Assembly (NCBI RefSeq): GCF_004010195.1
Contig: NC_057753.1
Coordinates: forward strand, 8,167,998 to 8,215,659
From: Chiloscyllium plagiosum
Taxonomy: Eukaryota
Direction of reading: 5' to 3'
Length of the DNA stretch: 47,662 bases
Both the position numbers and the translations under genes were made by a program. The number at the start of each line of letters is the position of its first letter. The first letter of the stretch is position 1. Shown here in pieces: positions 23,251-35,640 of the stretch. The notes beneath the pieces were generated by a model. The model made no database searches, was not told where the DNA came from, and worked only from the letters and a program-made list of their open reading frames with translations.

Positions 23251-24859
23251 CAGAACTCGCGTAGATGAGTCAGTTCCTCAGACTATTTTACAAATGCTTA
23301 GCTCTCCATGCAGTGAAGTATCTGGTCCAACTCAGCTCTCACTGCTCTCTGGGGAAGATATTTCCAAATACCTCCTTACCCACATCTTAAATAGAAGACC
23401 TTACACATTTAGACAGGTTTCGGCTCGATGTAGTTGCACACACATGCGGAACAGTGCTCCAGTATACACCATGTTAAATCCTCTCAGATGCGAGTATGTC
23501 TCAATCAGATCACATCTCTTTCCTGATAATGCCAGTTCCCCAAACTGTTCCACGTCTCCACAGGAGATATACGCTCCACCCTGGAATCAAACAAATGAAC
23601 TGAACTGCTTGCAAAAGTAAATACGTCCTTTCAAACGAAAGGAGACAAAAAGAACTTCACACGTAGTCGTCCAGAAGTATTCTCCATCAAACTGTGGACA
23701 GCAGCAGCACCATGTCCCTCCTTAAAAGTTGAACAAAACTAGGGCGGGGGCAATGTTTACTATTTTTCCTTGGAAAAATCATATTCAATTTGGGAAAAAA
23801 CAAATGAGGAAATTTGTTTCCTTTTGTCAGACTGTTGTGAATCTTTTGAACTCTCTTCCCAAAAGAACGTTAAAGGCAAACTCATTGAATCATTTGAGTT
23901 TACACAGCCAGATTTGTCAAACACATTGGGACCAAGACTTGTGTTGCAGATATTTGGAATATGCAGTGCAGGTGCAACGGACAATGGTATAAAATGAAAA
24001 TGTGATTGACCAGAACTCCCAAAAATACAATGGAAAAATAAATGATAAAACAGAGAAACCCGAGACTAAATGAACAGTCATTACAGTGTCAGAGGACCAT
24101 GTGTTTCATTAGAAAGAGACCTCTCATGGTGGTTTAACCTGATGTCATCAGACCTCGGCTGCGGGGCTAGGTTGACAAACTGGGGCCTTCATGGTAACCT
24201 CTGTCACTGTGGAAATAGAACCTGCCTTGTTGGCCGCCATCTACATCACAAAGCATCCGTGTAGCCAACCGAGCAAGTACAGCATGAAACTGCTAGTGGT
24301 AATAAATAAAAATAGACAAAGGACAACAGAAACTTCGAGACCAATGAACCGGCCACAAGACAAATATCTTGGAAAATACTAGCTGAGGACAAGGTATGCG
24401 AATACTTAGAAGTTCTATGTTATTATTAGGTGTAATATGCAGATGATGTCATTGGTTCAATTAAATATTGGCACGGGTATCACACACAGAACAACTATTA
24501 CAATTGGATATTGATTTTCCGAAAATAATTGCATGCATAAAAGTATGAAGCTGAGATATTGTGTTGTTTGGAGAATCCATTTTCCATTTATTGAAAATGG
24601 CTCCCGAGAATGTGCTTGAAGAAAATCGTTGGAAAAAGTGTCTGAGTGATATCTGTTCACTGACAGGAACCCAGGAGGTTGAATGACCGAAAAGATCCTA
24701 TAACATGGAGGTAAGCACACAGTAAATCAGCCACAATCTTATTGTGTGCTGGAGCAGGTTTGAGGGGTAGAATGGTCTTATGTTTGATTTGGATTGTCAG
24801 TCGCTGTGTTCTCTGAAAGAGAGAAAAATGACACTGCTCCTCCTTGTGAGTTGCATACT

Positions 24860-25359
24860 NNNNNNNNNNNNNNNNNNNNNNNNNNNNNNNNNNNNNNNNN
24901 NNNNNNNNNNNNNNNNNNNNNNNNNNNNNNNNNNNNNNNNNNNNNNNNNNNNNNNNNNNNNNNNNNNNNNNNNNNNNNNNNNNNNNNNNNNNNNNNNNNN
25001 NNNNNNNNNNNNNNNNNNNNNNNNNNNNNNNNNNNNNNNNNNNNNNNNNNNNNNNNNNNNNNNNNNNNNNNNNNNNNNNNNNNNNNNNNNNNNNNNNNNN
25101 NNNNNNNNNNNNNNNNNNNNNNNNNNNNNNNNNNNNNNNNNNNNNNNNNNNNNNNNNNNNNNNNNNNNNNNNNNNNNNNNNNNNNNNNNNNNNNNNNNNN
25201 NNNNNNNNNNNNNNNNNNNNNNNNNNNNNNNNNNNNNNNNNNNNNNNNNNNNNNNNNNNNNNNNNNNNNNNNNNNNNNNNNNNNNNNNNNNNNNNNNNNN
25301 NNNNNNNNNNNNNNNNNNNNNNNNNNNNNNNNNNNNNNNNNNNNNNNNNNNNNNNNNNN
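24860..25359. other. Assembly gap (500 N)
   Basis: Run of n. Confidence 0.99.
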
Positions 25360-26384
25360 AGATATTAAAATGAGACAATGCGTTCAGAGATTTATGGCAA
25401 TAATTAGAGTTGCAGTTCTGAATTACTCACAGAAACGTGAGGTAAAACACGAGAAACACTCTCTCTCCAAACAACCAGACCCTCGTGTGCAAGAACAGAT
25501 GATTTCCAGAAATTTTCCAGAGATCTGATCACTTAAAAACAGCGACATTTCACTTGTTTACAGTTCCTCAAACGCAAGGCGAAAACATTACCTTCCTGAA
25601 GCGTTCCCTCTCTGTTCCTTGAAAAAAAATGACGTTTGCAAATTTCTTTTTGAGGGTCTAATTGCTGGTCGATCGTCTGTTGTGAAGACATGTGAATGCA
25701 GTTTAAAAAACTTTATTTACTCCATAAACATCCTGAGGTGACTTCGAACCAATGTCTCCTTCTTCCTTCCCTCACAATCTTAAGTTTGGAACAATTAACA
25801 GACGTCCGGCCTTTCCAAAATATTGTCAGTGTCAGAATGCACCAGAGGATGTTGATTACTCATTCACAGTTATAAAATGTTGAAGAGAGTGTCATTTCTA
25901 AATTGATCCAAATGATGTTGCAAAGAATTCACAGGTTCAGGAAAAGATCAGTACACCAGTATGCAACAGAGGATCAGTGTTATTTTTCTCTCTTTCAGTG
26001 AATACAGCGACTTACGATCCAAAATCAAACATAGGACCATTCTGTCCCTCAAACCTGCTGCAGCACACAATAAGATTGTGGCTGATCTGATTGCGTCCTT
26101 ACCTCCATGTTATAGGAATATTTCAGTCATTCAACCTCCTGGGTTCCTGTCACTGAACAGATATCACTCAGACACGTTTTTCCAACGGTTTTCTTCAAAC
26201 ACATTCTCGGGAGCCATTTTTAATACATGAAAAATGGATTCTCCAAACAACACATTATCTTTCTTTTTTTATGCATGTAATTATTTTTGGAAAATCAATA
26301 TCCAATTGAAATAGTTGTTCTGTGTGTGATACCTGTGCCACTTTTTTACCATCCGCATATTACATTTAATAATAACATAAAACT

Positions 26385-29300
26385 CAAAAAGAGATCATGC
26401 TGTAAGGTTGACTGAAATAGGAGTTGATGGGAAGGGTGACGGCAGTAACAAATTAAAAATGCTATATATGAATGCACGAAGCATTCGAAATAAGATGGAT
26501 GTACTTGAGGCTCTTTTGGAAATTGGCAGATACGATATTGTGGGGATAATTGAGACGTGGCTTCAAGTGGACAGGGCCTGGGAAATTAATATTCAAGGCT
26601 ACACGTGCTATCGTAAGGACAGACTGACGGGCAGAGGGAGTGGGGTGGCCATGTTTGTAAGGGATGATATTCAGTCCCTTGCGCGGGGTGACCAAGAATC
26701 TGGGGATGTAGAGTCAGTATGGATAGAGCTGAGAAATTCTAATGGTAAAAAGACCTCTTGGTAGTTATCTACAGCCCCCCAAACAGTAGTCTGGATGTCG
26801 GATGTAAGTTGAATCAGGATCTGAAATTGGCCTGTTGCAAAGATGTTACTACAGTTGTTATGGGGGATTTCAACATGCAGGTAGACTGGGAGAATCAGGA
26901 TGGTATTGGACCTCAAGAAAGAGACTCTGTGGAGTGCCTCCGAGATGGATTCTTAGAATAGCTGGTGCTGGATCCTACCTGGGAGAAGGCAATTCTGGAT
27001 CTGGTATTGTGAAACAAACCAGAATTGATCAGGGACCTCGAAGTGAAGGAGCCATTGGGAAGTAGTGATCATAATAAAATAAGTTTCAATCTGCAATTTG
27101 AGAGGGAGAGGGTACAATCGGAAGTGACAATATTTCAGTTGAATAAAGGGAACTATGGAGCTATTAGGGAGGAGCTGGCCAATGTTCAATGGTGCAATAT
27201 CTTAGGAGGGATGACAGTGCAGGAACAATGGCAGATATTTCTGTGTATAATGCAGAAGATGCAGGATCAGTTCATTCCAAAAAGGAAGAAAGATACCAGG
27301 AGGAGGCATTGGCGGCCGTGGCTGACGAGGTAAGTAAAGAAACATATAATGTTAAAAGAGACAAAAGTATAGCATAATAAAGATAAGTGGGAAAACTGAG
27401 GACTGGGAAACTTTTAAAGAACAACAGAGGATTACTAAAAAGGAAATACGTGGAGAAAAAAGTGAGGTACGAAGGTAAACTGGCCAAAAAAAAGGAGGAT
27501 AGTAAAAGCTTTTTTAGGTATGTGAAAGGCAAAAAAATGGTTAACACTAAAATTGGGCCCTTGAAGACTGAAACAGGGGAATATATTACGGGGAACAAAG
27601 AAATTACAGAAGAATTGAATTGGTACTTCAGATCTGTGTTCACTGGGGAAGACACAAGCAATCTCCCTGAGGTAACAGTGGCTGAAGGACCTGAATTGAA
27701 GGGAATTTATATTTGCCAGGAATTGATGTTGGAGAGACTGTTAGGTCTGAAGGTTGATAAGTCCCCGGGGCCTGATGGTCTACATCCCAGGGTACTGAAG
27801 GAGGTGGCTCGAGAAATCGTGGATGCGTTGGTGATTATTTTCCAGAGTTCGTTAGATTCAGGATCAGTTCCTGCGGATTGGAGGGTGGCTAATGTTACAC
27901 CACTTTTTAAGAAAGGTGGGAGAGAGAAAGCAGGAAATTATAGACCAGTTAGTCTGACCTCAGTGGTGGGAAAGATGCTGGAGTCTATTATTAAGGATGA
28001 AATTACGTCACATCTGCATTGTAGTAACAGGATAGGTCAGAGTCAGCATGGATTTATGAAGGGGAAATCATGCTTGACTAATGTTCTGGAATTTTTTGAG
28101 GATGTAACTCTGAAGATGGACGAGGGGGATCCAGTGGATGTAGTGTACCTGGACTTTCAGAAAGCTTTTGATAAAGCCCCACATAGGAGGTTAGTGAGCA
28201 AGGTTAGGGCGCATGGTATTGGGGGCAAAGTACTAACTTGGATTGAAAATTGGTTGGCTNNNNNNNNNNNNNNNNNNNNNNNNNNNNNNNNNNNNNNNNN
28301 NNNNNNNNNNNNNNNNNNNNNNNNNNNNNNNNNNNNNNNNNNNNNNNNNNNNNNNNNNNNNNNNNNNNNNNNNNNNNNNNNNNNNNNNNNNNNNNNNNNN
28401 NNNNNNNNNNNNNNNNNNNNNNNNNNNNNNNNNNNNNNNNNNNNNNNNNNNNNNNNNNNNNNNNNNNNNNNNNNNNNNNNNNNNNNNNNNNNNNNNNNNN
28501 NNNNNNNNNNNNNNNNNNNNNNNNNNNNNNNNNNNNNNNNNNNNNNNNNNNNNNNNNNNNNNNNNNNNNNNNNNNNNNNNNNNNNNNNNNNNNNNNNNNN
28601 NNNNNNNNNNNNNNNNNNNNNNNNNNNNNNNNNNNNNNNNNNNNNNNNNNNNNNNNNNNNNNNNNNNNNNNNNNNNNNNNNNNNNNNNNNNNNNNNNNNN
28701 NNNNNNNNNNNNNNNNNNNNNNNNNNNNNNNNNNNNNNNNNNNNNNNNNNNNNNNNNNNNNNNNNNNNGTTAGGTGAGTGGTCAGATGCATGGCAGATGC
28801 AGTTTAATGTGGATAAATGTATGGTTATCCACTTTGGTGGCAAGAACAGGAAGGCAGATTACTATCTAAATTGAATCAATTTAGTTAAAGGGGCAGTACA
28901 GAGAGATCTGGGTGTTCTTGTACACCAGTAAATGAAGGTAAGCATGTAGGTACAGCAGGTAGTGAAGAAGGCTAAAAGCATGCTGGCCTTCTTAACAAGA
29001 GTGATTGAGTATAGAAGCAAAGAGGTTCTTCTGTAGCTGTACAGGACCCTGGTGAGACCATACCCTGGAGTAATGTGTGCAGTTCTGGTCTTCAAATTCG
29101 AGGAAAGGCATTCTGGCTATTGAGGGAGTGCAGCGTAGTTTCACGAGGTCAATTCCGGGAATGGCGGGACTACCTTACGCTGAAAGACTGGAACGACGTG
29201 GTTTGTATACCCTTAATTTTAGCAGACTAAGAGGGGATCTGATTGAGACAAATACGATTATTAAAGGATTGGACACTCTGGACGCAGGAAACATGTTCCG

Positions 29301-29525
29301 CTGATGGGTGAGTGCCGAACCAGAAGACACAGCTTAAAAATACGTGGTAGACCATTTAGGACAGAGATGAGGAGAAACTTCTTCACCCAGAGAATGGTGG
29401 ATGTATGGAATGCTCTGCCCCAGAGGGCAGTGGAGGTTCAGTCTCTGGATTCATTTAAGAAAGAGTTGGATAGACCTCTCAAGGGCTGAATGGCCTACCC
29501 ATGCATCTATTGTCTATTGTCTATT
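26385..29525 (+). mobile_element. CR1 LINE, ORF2 (APE endonuclease and RT) with stops and frameshifts, (TCTATTG)n tail, antisense in the unit 3 intron
   Basis: LYMNARSIRNK...IETW (26408), GDFN, SDHN, SPGPDGLHP, NYRPVSLTSVVGK, YLDFQKAFD (27387..). Tail at about 29506-29525. The empty site is at about 24410-24420 in the left arm. Confidence 0.95.
28260..28768. other. Assembly gap (509 N) inside the CR1 RT
   Basis: Run of n. The homologous RT interval elsewhere (about 34560-34795) is only about 240 bp, so gap lengths are not reliable. Confidence 0.97.
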
Positions 29526-30055
29526 ATAACTTCCAAGTATTCGCTCATTTTGGCCTCAGCTATTACTTTCCAAGTTATTTGACTTGTGGCCTGCTCATTG
29601 TTCTCGAAGTTTCTCTTGCCCTTTGTCTATTTTTATTTATTACCACTAGCAGTTTCACGCTGAACTGCTCGGTTGGCTACACGGCTGCTTTCTCATGTAG
29701 ATGGCGACCAACAAGGCAGGTTCTATTTCCATAGTGACAGAGGTTACCATGAAGATCCCAGGTTTTCAACCTCGCCCCGCAGCCGAGATGTGATGACCAT
29801 CAGGTTAAACCACCATGAGAGATCTCTTTCGCATGAAACGCAAGGTCCGCTGACACTGTAACGACTGTGTTCTTTTCGTCTCGGGTTTCTCTGTTTTATC
29901 ATTTATTTTTCCATTGTAATTTTGGAGTTCTGGTCAATCACATTTTCATTTTATACCATTGCCCGTTGCCCCTGCACTGCACATTCCAAATCAATCCAAC
30001 ACAAGTCTTGGTTCCAATGTGTTTGACAAATCTGGCTGTGTAAACTCAAATGATT

Positions 30056-30332
30056 AGATTAGATTAGATTAGATTACAGTGTGGAAACAGGCCCTTCGGC
30101 CCAACAAGTCCACACCGACCCGCCGAAGCGAAACCCACCCATACCCCTACATTTACCCCTTACCTAACACTATGGGCAATTCAGTATGGCCAATTCACCT
30201 GACCCTGCACATCTTTTGGACTGTGGGAGGAAACCGGAGCACCCGGAGGAAACCCACGCAGACACGGGGAGAACGTGCAAAACTCCACACAGTCAGTCGC
30301 CTGAGGCGGGAATTGAACCCGGGTCTCTGGCG
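30056..30332 (-). mobile_element. V-SINE (HE1-like), 5'-truncated
   Basis: Reverse complement of the SINE body with a (GATTA)n tail and no A box. The empty site ctcattgaatcatttgag is at 23881. Confidence 0.92.
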
Positions 30333-31764
30333 ATTCAATGAGTTTGCCTTTAACGTTCTACGGGGAAGAGAGTTCAAAAGATTCACAACAGTCTGACAAT
30401 AGGAAACGAATCTACTCATTTGTTTTTTCCCAAATTGAATATGATTTTTCAAAGGAAAACAGAGGATTTAACATGGTTTGTACTGGGGGACTGTTCCGCA
30501 TGTGTGTGCAACTTCATCGAGCCGAAACTGTCTGAATGTGTAAGGTTTTCTATTTAAGATGGGGGAAAGGAGGTAATTGGAAATGTCTTCCCCAGAGAGC
30601 AGTGAGACCTGAGTTGGACAGATACTTCACTGCATGGAGAGCTAAGCATTTGTAAAATAGTCTGAGGAACTGACTCATCTACGCGAGTTCTGATTTAGAG
30701 ATACCGGTGTTGCTTGGGTTTACAAAGCAAAGAATCACACAGCACCAGGTTACATTCCAATAGGTTTATTTGGAAGCAATAGATTTTGAGTGCTGCTCTT
30801 TCATCAGGTAGTTGTGGACAATAAGATTGTAAGATACAGAATTTATAGCAAAATGTTCCAGTGCGATGCAATTAAAATTATATATTGAAAAAGACCTGCA
30901 TTGTTTGTTAAGTTTCGCATCTTTTATAATGACCATGCTGGTTCCAGTTTTTTCATATGTAAAACGCAAGACTTTCTTTAAAAGTTACATTCTCAAGTGA
31001 ACTTTAATAATAGGTGCCATGTTGGCCCAGATAATATATTGAAGGTGACAGCTTCCCTCTGTGTGACTGCCTGTGCCACAATGGTCAGACTGTATCTCAT
31101 CCATAAAACGGATTTACAGAATTTCAGATGGATTTATGCAGTTATAGATCAAAGTGAAATGTAATTCTGCAAGGACAAAGTCACTCCACAAGTTTATGTG
31201 TATGTTTGTTTGTGTGTGTGCGTCTGTGTGTGTGTCGGGGGTGGGGGGTGCTGGTCGGGCAATTGATATGAGTCTCAGTGAGAGTGTGTGTACGTGTGTG
31301 AATGTGAAAGTAAGTGAGTCTAAGTCTGTGATAGGGTGCGTGTGGGAGTGCATGTGTGAGCCAGTGAGAGAGGGTCTGCGTTAGAGTGGGTGTGTCTGTA
31401 GGAGTGTGTGTGTGCAGGGGTCTGTGTGTGCACACGTAGGAGTGTCTGTATGTGCGTCTGTCTGCATGTATGTGTGCGTGTCTATGTGTGTGCATATGTG
31501 TGCGCACATGTGTGCGCATGTGTGTTTGTGTCTGTGTATGTGTGTGTGTGTGTGCAGTGCAATATACGCCCCCTCTCACAGACCTAAACCTGTTGTGTGA
31601 CATGAGCCCTAGGTCCCATTAGAGGCTGTCCCCATGAGTACCGAACATGGATAATCCCCACTACTACCCCACCTCTGCGCATACACATGCACATACACAG
31701 GTTTTTCACCGTGAGCAGAGTTAGAAATATTGCATTTGATTCCCTCTATCAAATTTTTGATATG

Positions 31765-31965
31765 AAAATGTGTTGCTGGAAAAGCGCAGCAGGTCAGGCA
31801 GCATCCAGGGAACAGGAGAATCGACGTTTCGGGCATAAGCCCTTCTTCGGGCTTATGCCCGAAACGTCGAAACTCCTGTTCCCTGGATGCTGCCTGACCT
31901 GCTGCGCTTTTCCAGCAACACATTTTCAGCTCTGATCTCCAGCATCTGCAGACCTCAGTTTCTCC
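31765..31965 (+). mobile_element. Short Penelope-derived foldback element with 16-bp TSD and a hammerhead at its centre
   Basis: Arms about 31763-31842 and 31849-31928. TSD tcaaatttttgatatg at 31749-31764 and 31966-31981. Empty paralogous site at about 22233-22250. Confidence 0.9.
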
Positions 31966-34221
31966 TCAAATTTTTGATATGCACTGCGAATAGCTGGGGC
32001 CCAAACATGAATCATTGCCGCACAGCATTAGCTTCCACTCCAAATATAAACACGCATAGTCCTCGTCACTATTGTTCGATGGATGATACTTTCTCAGTCC
32101 ATGCCGATGAATTAGCCCCAATCTTAAGTGCTTTACTTTTGTGCACAATGCTTCGGACACTGTCAAAAATGATTTTTTTTTGGAAATCAAATGCATTTTA
32201 TTTACTGTTCTCCCCTTGTTACGTCTACCAGTGGGTTTCTCAGCTATGTTTCCCATTACAGAAATCTACATTGACTTTGTCTATGCCCATTAATTTCAAC
32301 TTCAGTACCTCCACCAAATGCATTTATTTACAAATTGCCTTTTATTTCCTGTCTCACATCATAACTATTTTTATGGGAAGATTTCTTGTTTTACTTTTTC
32401 TTCAATGAAGACAGGTTGAACTGGCTGCTTAACAGTTCTGTCATTGCCCTGTTCTTCAGTCATGGATTCGCATTGTATCGAATCTTGACTTCTACAACTG
32501 TTGAACTTGGCAGAAGTTTCGGAGCTGTTACAGTTCATTTTATAACAGTTGTTGACGCATCCACCAATTCCTGCCTCATATTAGTGCAATCATTGATCTT
32601 CTATAGTCATAGAATCGCAGAAGCATAGATTCGCCGGCACCAAAAATGCACCAAATCTGCCTTCATTCCACTTTTCCACATGACGCTTCTCGTCATGAAT
32701 GTCATGACATTTCAAGTAGGTAAAAACAAGGACTGCAGATGCTGGAAACCAGAGTCTCGATTATAGTGATGCTGGAGAAGCACAACAGGTCAGGCAGTAT
32801 CCGAGGAGCAGGTTTTAATTTTAAAATGCTGCTCCATCTTCTTTCTCCATGCCACCCCTAATCTTATACACCTGGTGTCGTTCGCCCTCTCAGCCTCCTC
32901 TGCCGAAAAACAAAACCAACCTCGATTATTAAGCATCTCATCTTTGCCGTTGAGCTCCACTCCCGGCAGAAACCTGGTGATTTGTTTCCTCACACCGGCC
33001 AGTGCAGTGACAACTGTTCTGTAATGTGTCAAACAGAACTGCAGGCAGACCCCCATCGGTTCCCTAATCATCCTCCCAAACATCTCCCACATAATCTTCT
33101 GACTCTCGCAATCTGTGTGTTCCTGGTTAGAGACTGTGCATATGTCTATGTACCTCTAGTCCTTCTTCAGTCTTGTAACAATCTGTCCAGTTACTTTTAG
33201 GCATCTGTGCAGAACCATTCTCTGAGCTTTCAATTGTGCTGTCATTCGTTGAGTGCTACCCTGTCTTGTTCTTTCTTCGAAATGCATCACCTCACATTTA
33301 TCAAATGTAATTTCCGCCTCCCATTGATCATCCAATCTAACTATTCCATTTACACCTTACCTTCCATCTTAACACCATCAGCTCTTCCAATCTTCGTGTC
33401 AAACTCAAACATACTTATTAATCCCACCCTTGCCCCACCGATAGCCCCCCCACCCCTCACTGCCCTCCACATACACATCCATGTCATTTCTCTAAAAGAC
33501 AAATAATACGGGACACAACTCTGGTCCATATGGAATGCCACAGAACACTGGTCTCCAATTACACAAACAGCTTTCTACCACTATCTTCTCTCTCCTGCTA
33601 CAATGTCGATTTTGGATACAACTTGCTATCCTTGACACCATGAGTCTTTACTTCATCAGTTCCCCATATCAGTCTTAGGCAAATGTCTAACTGAATAAGA
33701 AATATAAATTATCTCGCTGTTATAAAGACACACTGATTGTACCTGATCAAGACTTGCCTCTCGAATTGGTGATCATTTTTCTCATTCCCTGTTTTCTACT
33801 TTAGGTTCCTAACATTGATGGGCGTGGTCTATATTCCCCAGCTTTACCTTCACCATCCGTCCTGTAAAGTGATACAGCATTAGCTGACCAAATCTGATAT
33901 GTGCCATGCAATCTTTACGCATTTGCTTAACACATTGAATGATCAGATTAGGCCGGAGATAAAAGTCTTTCTGAAACATGAGATATCGAATCTCGGTACG
34001 TGACCTGTGGAAGACCAGGGCAAGACTTTCGGTAATATGCACTTCGAAGGTCAGTTAATCTTACTGCATCGTGCTAATGCTTGGAACAGAATGTGAAAAT
34101 TCAACAAAGGCAAACAACGTAAGTGAAATCAAAGAGTATGGTTTCGAAAAATGACAGATATTGCAGAAAAATGAGATTATTGAGAAATTTCCAAATCAGA
34201 AAGTTCTGTCCCACTGTACTA

Positions 34222-35640
34222 GAATAGTAGGGATATTCTGGGTAACTGCAGACCAGTGAGCCTAGCGTCAGTGGTGGGGAAGTTGCTGGAGAGCGTACTG
34301 AGAGATAGGATATATTTATATTTGGGAAAGGAATGAGCTTATCAGTGACGGGTAACATGGTTTTGTGCGGGGGTAATCGTACCTTACCAACTTGACAGAG
34401 TTCTTTGAAGAAGTGACCAAGTTGTTAGATGAAGGAAGGGCTGTTGATGTCGTATACATGACTTTAGAAAGGCTTTTGATAAGGTTCCCCATTTTAGGCT
34501 AATGGAGAAAGTGAAGTCTCATGGTGTGTAGCGTGTTCTAGCGAGGTGGATAAAGAACTTGTTGAGCAACAGGAGACAGAGAGCAGTAGTTGAATGGAGT
34601 TTCTCGAAATGGAGAATGGTGACCAGTGGTGCTCCACAGGGGTCAGTATTGGGGCCACTGTTGTTTCTAATATACATAAATGATCTGGAAGAGGGCACTG
34701 TTGGTATGATCAGCAAGTTTGCAGATGACACAAAGTTTGGTGGAGAAGCAGAAAGCAAACGGGACTGCCGGAGAATACAGGAGGATATCGATAGACTGGA
34801 GAGTTGGACGGAAAAGTAGCAGATGGCATTCAATCCAGATAAATGTGAGGTAATGCATTGAGGCAAGCCTAATTCTGGAGCGAATTATATAATGAAAGGA
34901 AGAACCTTGGGAAACGTTGATGGGCAGAGAGATCTGGGAAATGCAGGTCCATTGTACTCTGAAGGTTGCTGCACAGGTGGATAGAGTGGTCAAGAAGGCA
35001 TATAGTATGCTTGCCTTCATCGGACGGGGTATTGAGTATAAGAGCTGGGAAGTCATGTTAAAATTTTACAAGGCATTAGTTTGGCTGCATTTAGAATACT
35101 GTATACAGTTCTGGGCGCCACATTACCAAAATGATGTGAACGCTTTGGAGGGGGTGTAGACAAGGTTTACTAGGAGGTTGCCTGGTCTGGAAGGTGCTAA
35201 ATATGAAGAGAGGTTGAGTAGGTTAGGTTTATTTTCACTAGAAAAAAGGAGATTGACAGTGGACCTGATTGAGGTTTACAAAATCATGAAGGGTAAAAAC
35301 AGGATGGATAGAGACAAGCTTATTCCCAGGGTAGGATTCAATAACGCGAGGTCATGCTTTCAAAGTGAGAGGTAGAACGTTTAAGGGGTATACCTGCAGT
35401 AAGTACTTTACACAGAGGGTGGTCGGCGTTTGGAACACGATGCCAGCAGAGGTGTAGAAGAAGGCACGGTAAATTCATTTAACATACGTCTGGACAAATG
35501 CATGAGGAGGTGGGGAGCAGATGGATACCGATGCTTAGGAATGGACTGACAGGTTTATACATTACTTTTGGATCAGCTCAGTTTATGAGGGCCGAAGGGC
35601 CAGGTCCTGGCCTGTAAACTTTCTTTGTTCTTTGTTCTAG
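34222..35640 (+). mobile_element. CR1 LINE fragment, paralog of 4984-6704 without the SINE
   Basis: APQGSVLGPLLFLIYINDL...KFADDTK (34559..34819), with the same flanks and tail. Confidence 0.92.

Larger units (their letters stand above)
20115..24859 (+). repeat. Left arm of the large inverted duplication (right arm about 25960-33892)
   Basis: The spurious ORF pairs 21584(-)/32386(+), 20992(+)/32790(-) and 23729(+)/30195(-) are homologous on opposite strands. Confidence 0.92.

Noticed and set aside
24780..28874. Long ORFs spanning N runs
   Set aside because: Artefacts of assembly gaps. Only the CR1 RT part of 27387..28259 is meaningful.
20115..33892. Palindrome as a pure assembly or haplotype artefact
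   Set aside because: The arms differ by many substitutions and several TSD-flanked private insertions. Only their adjacency across the gap is unverified.
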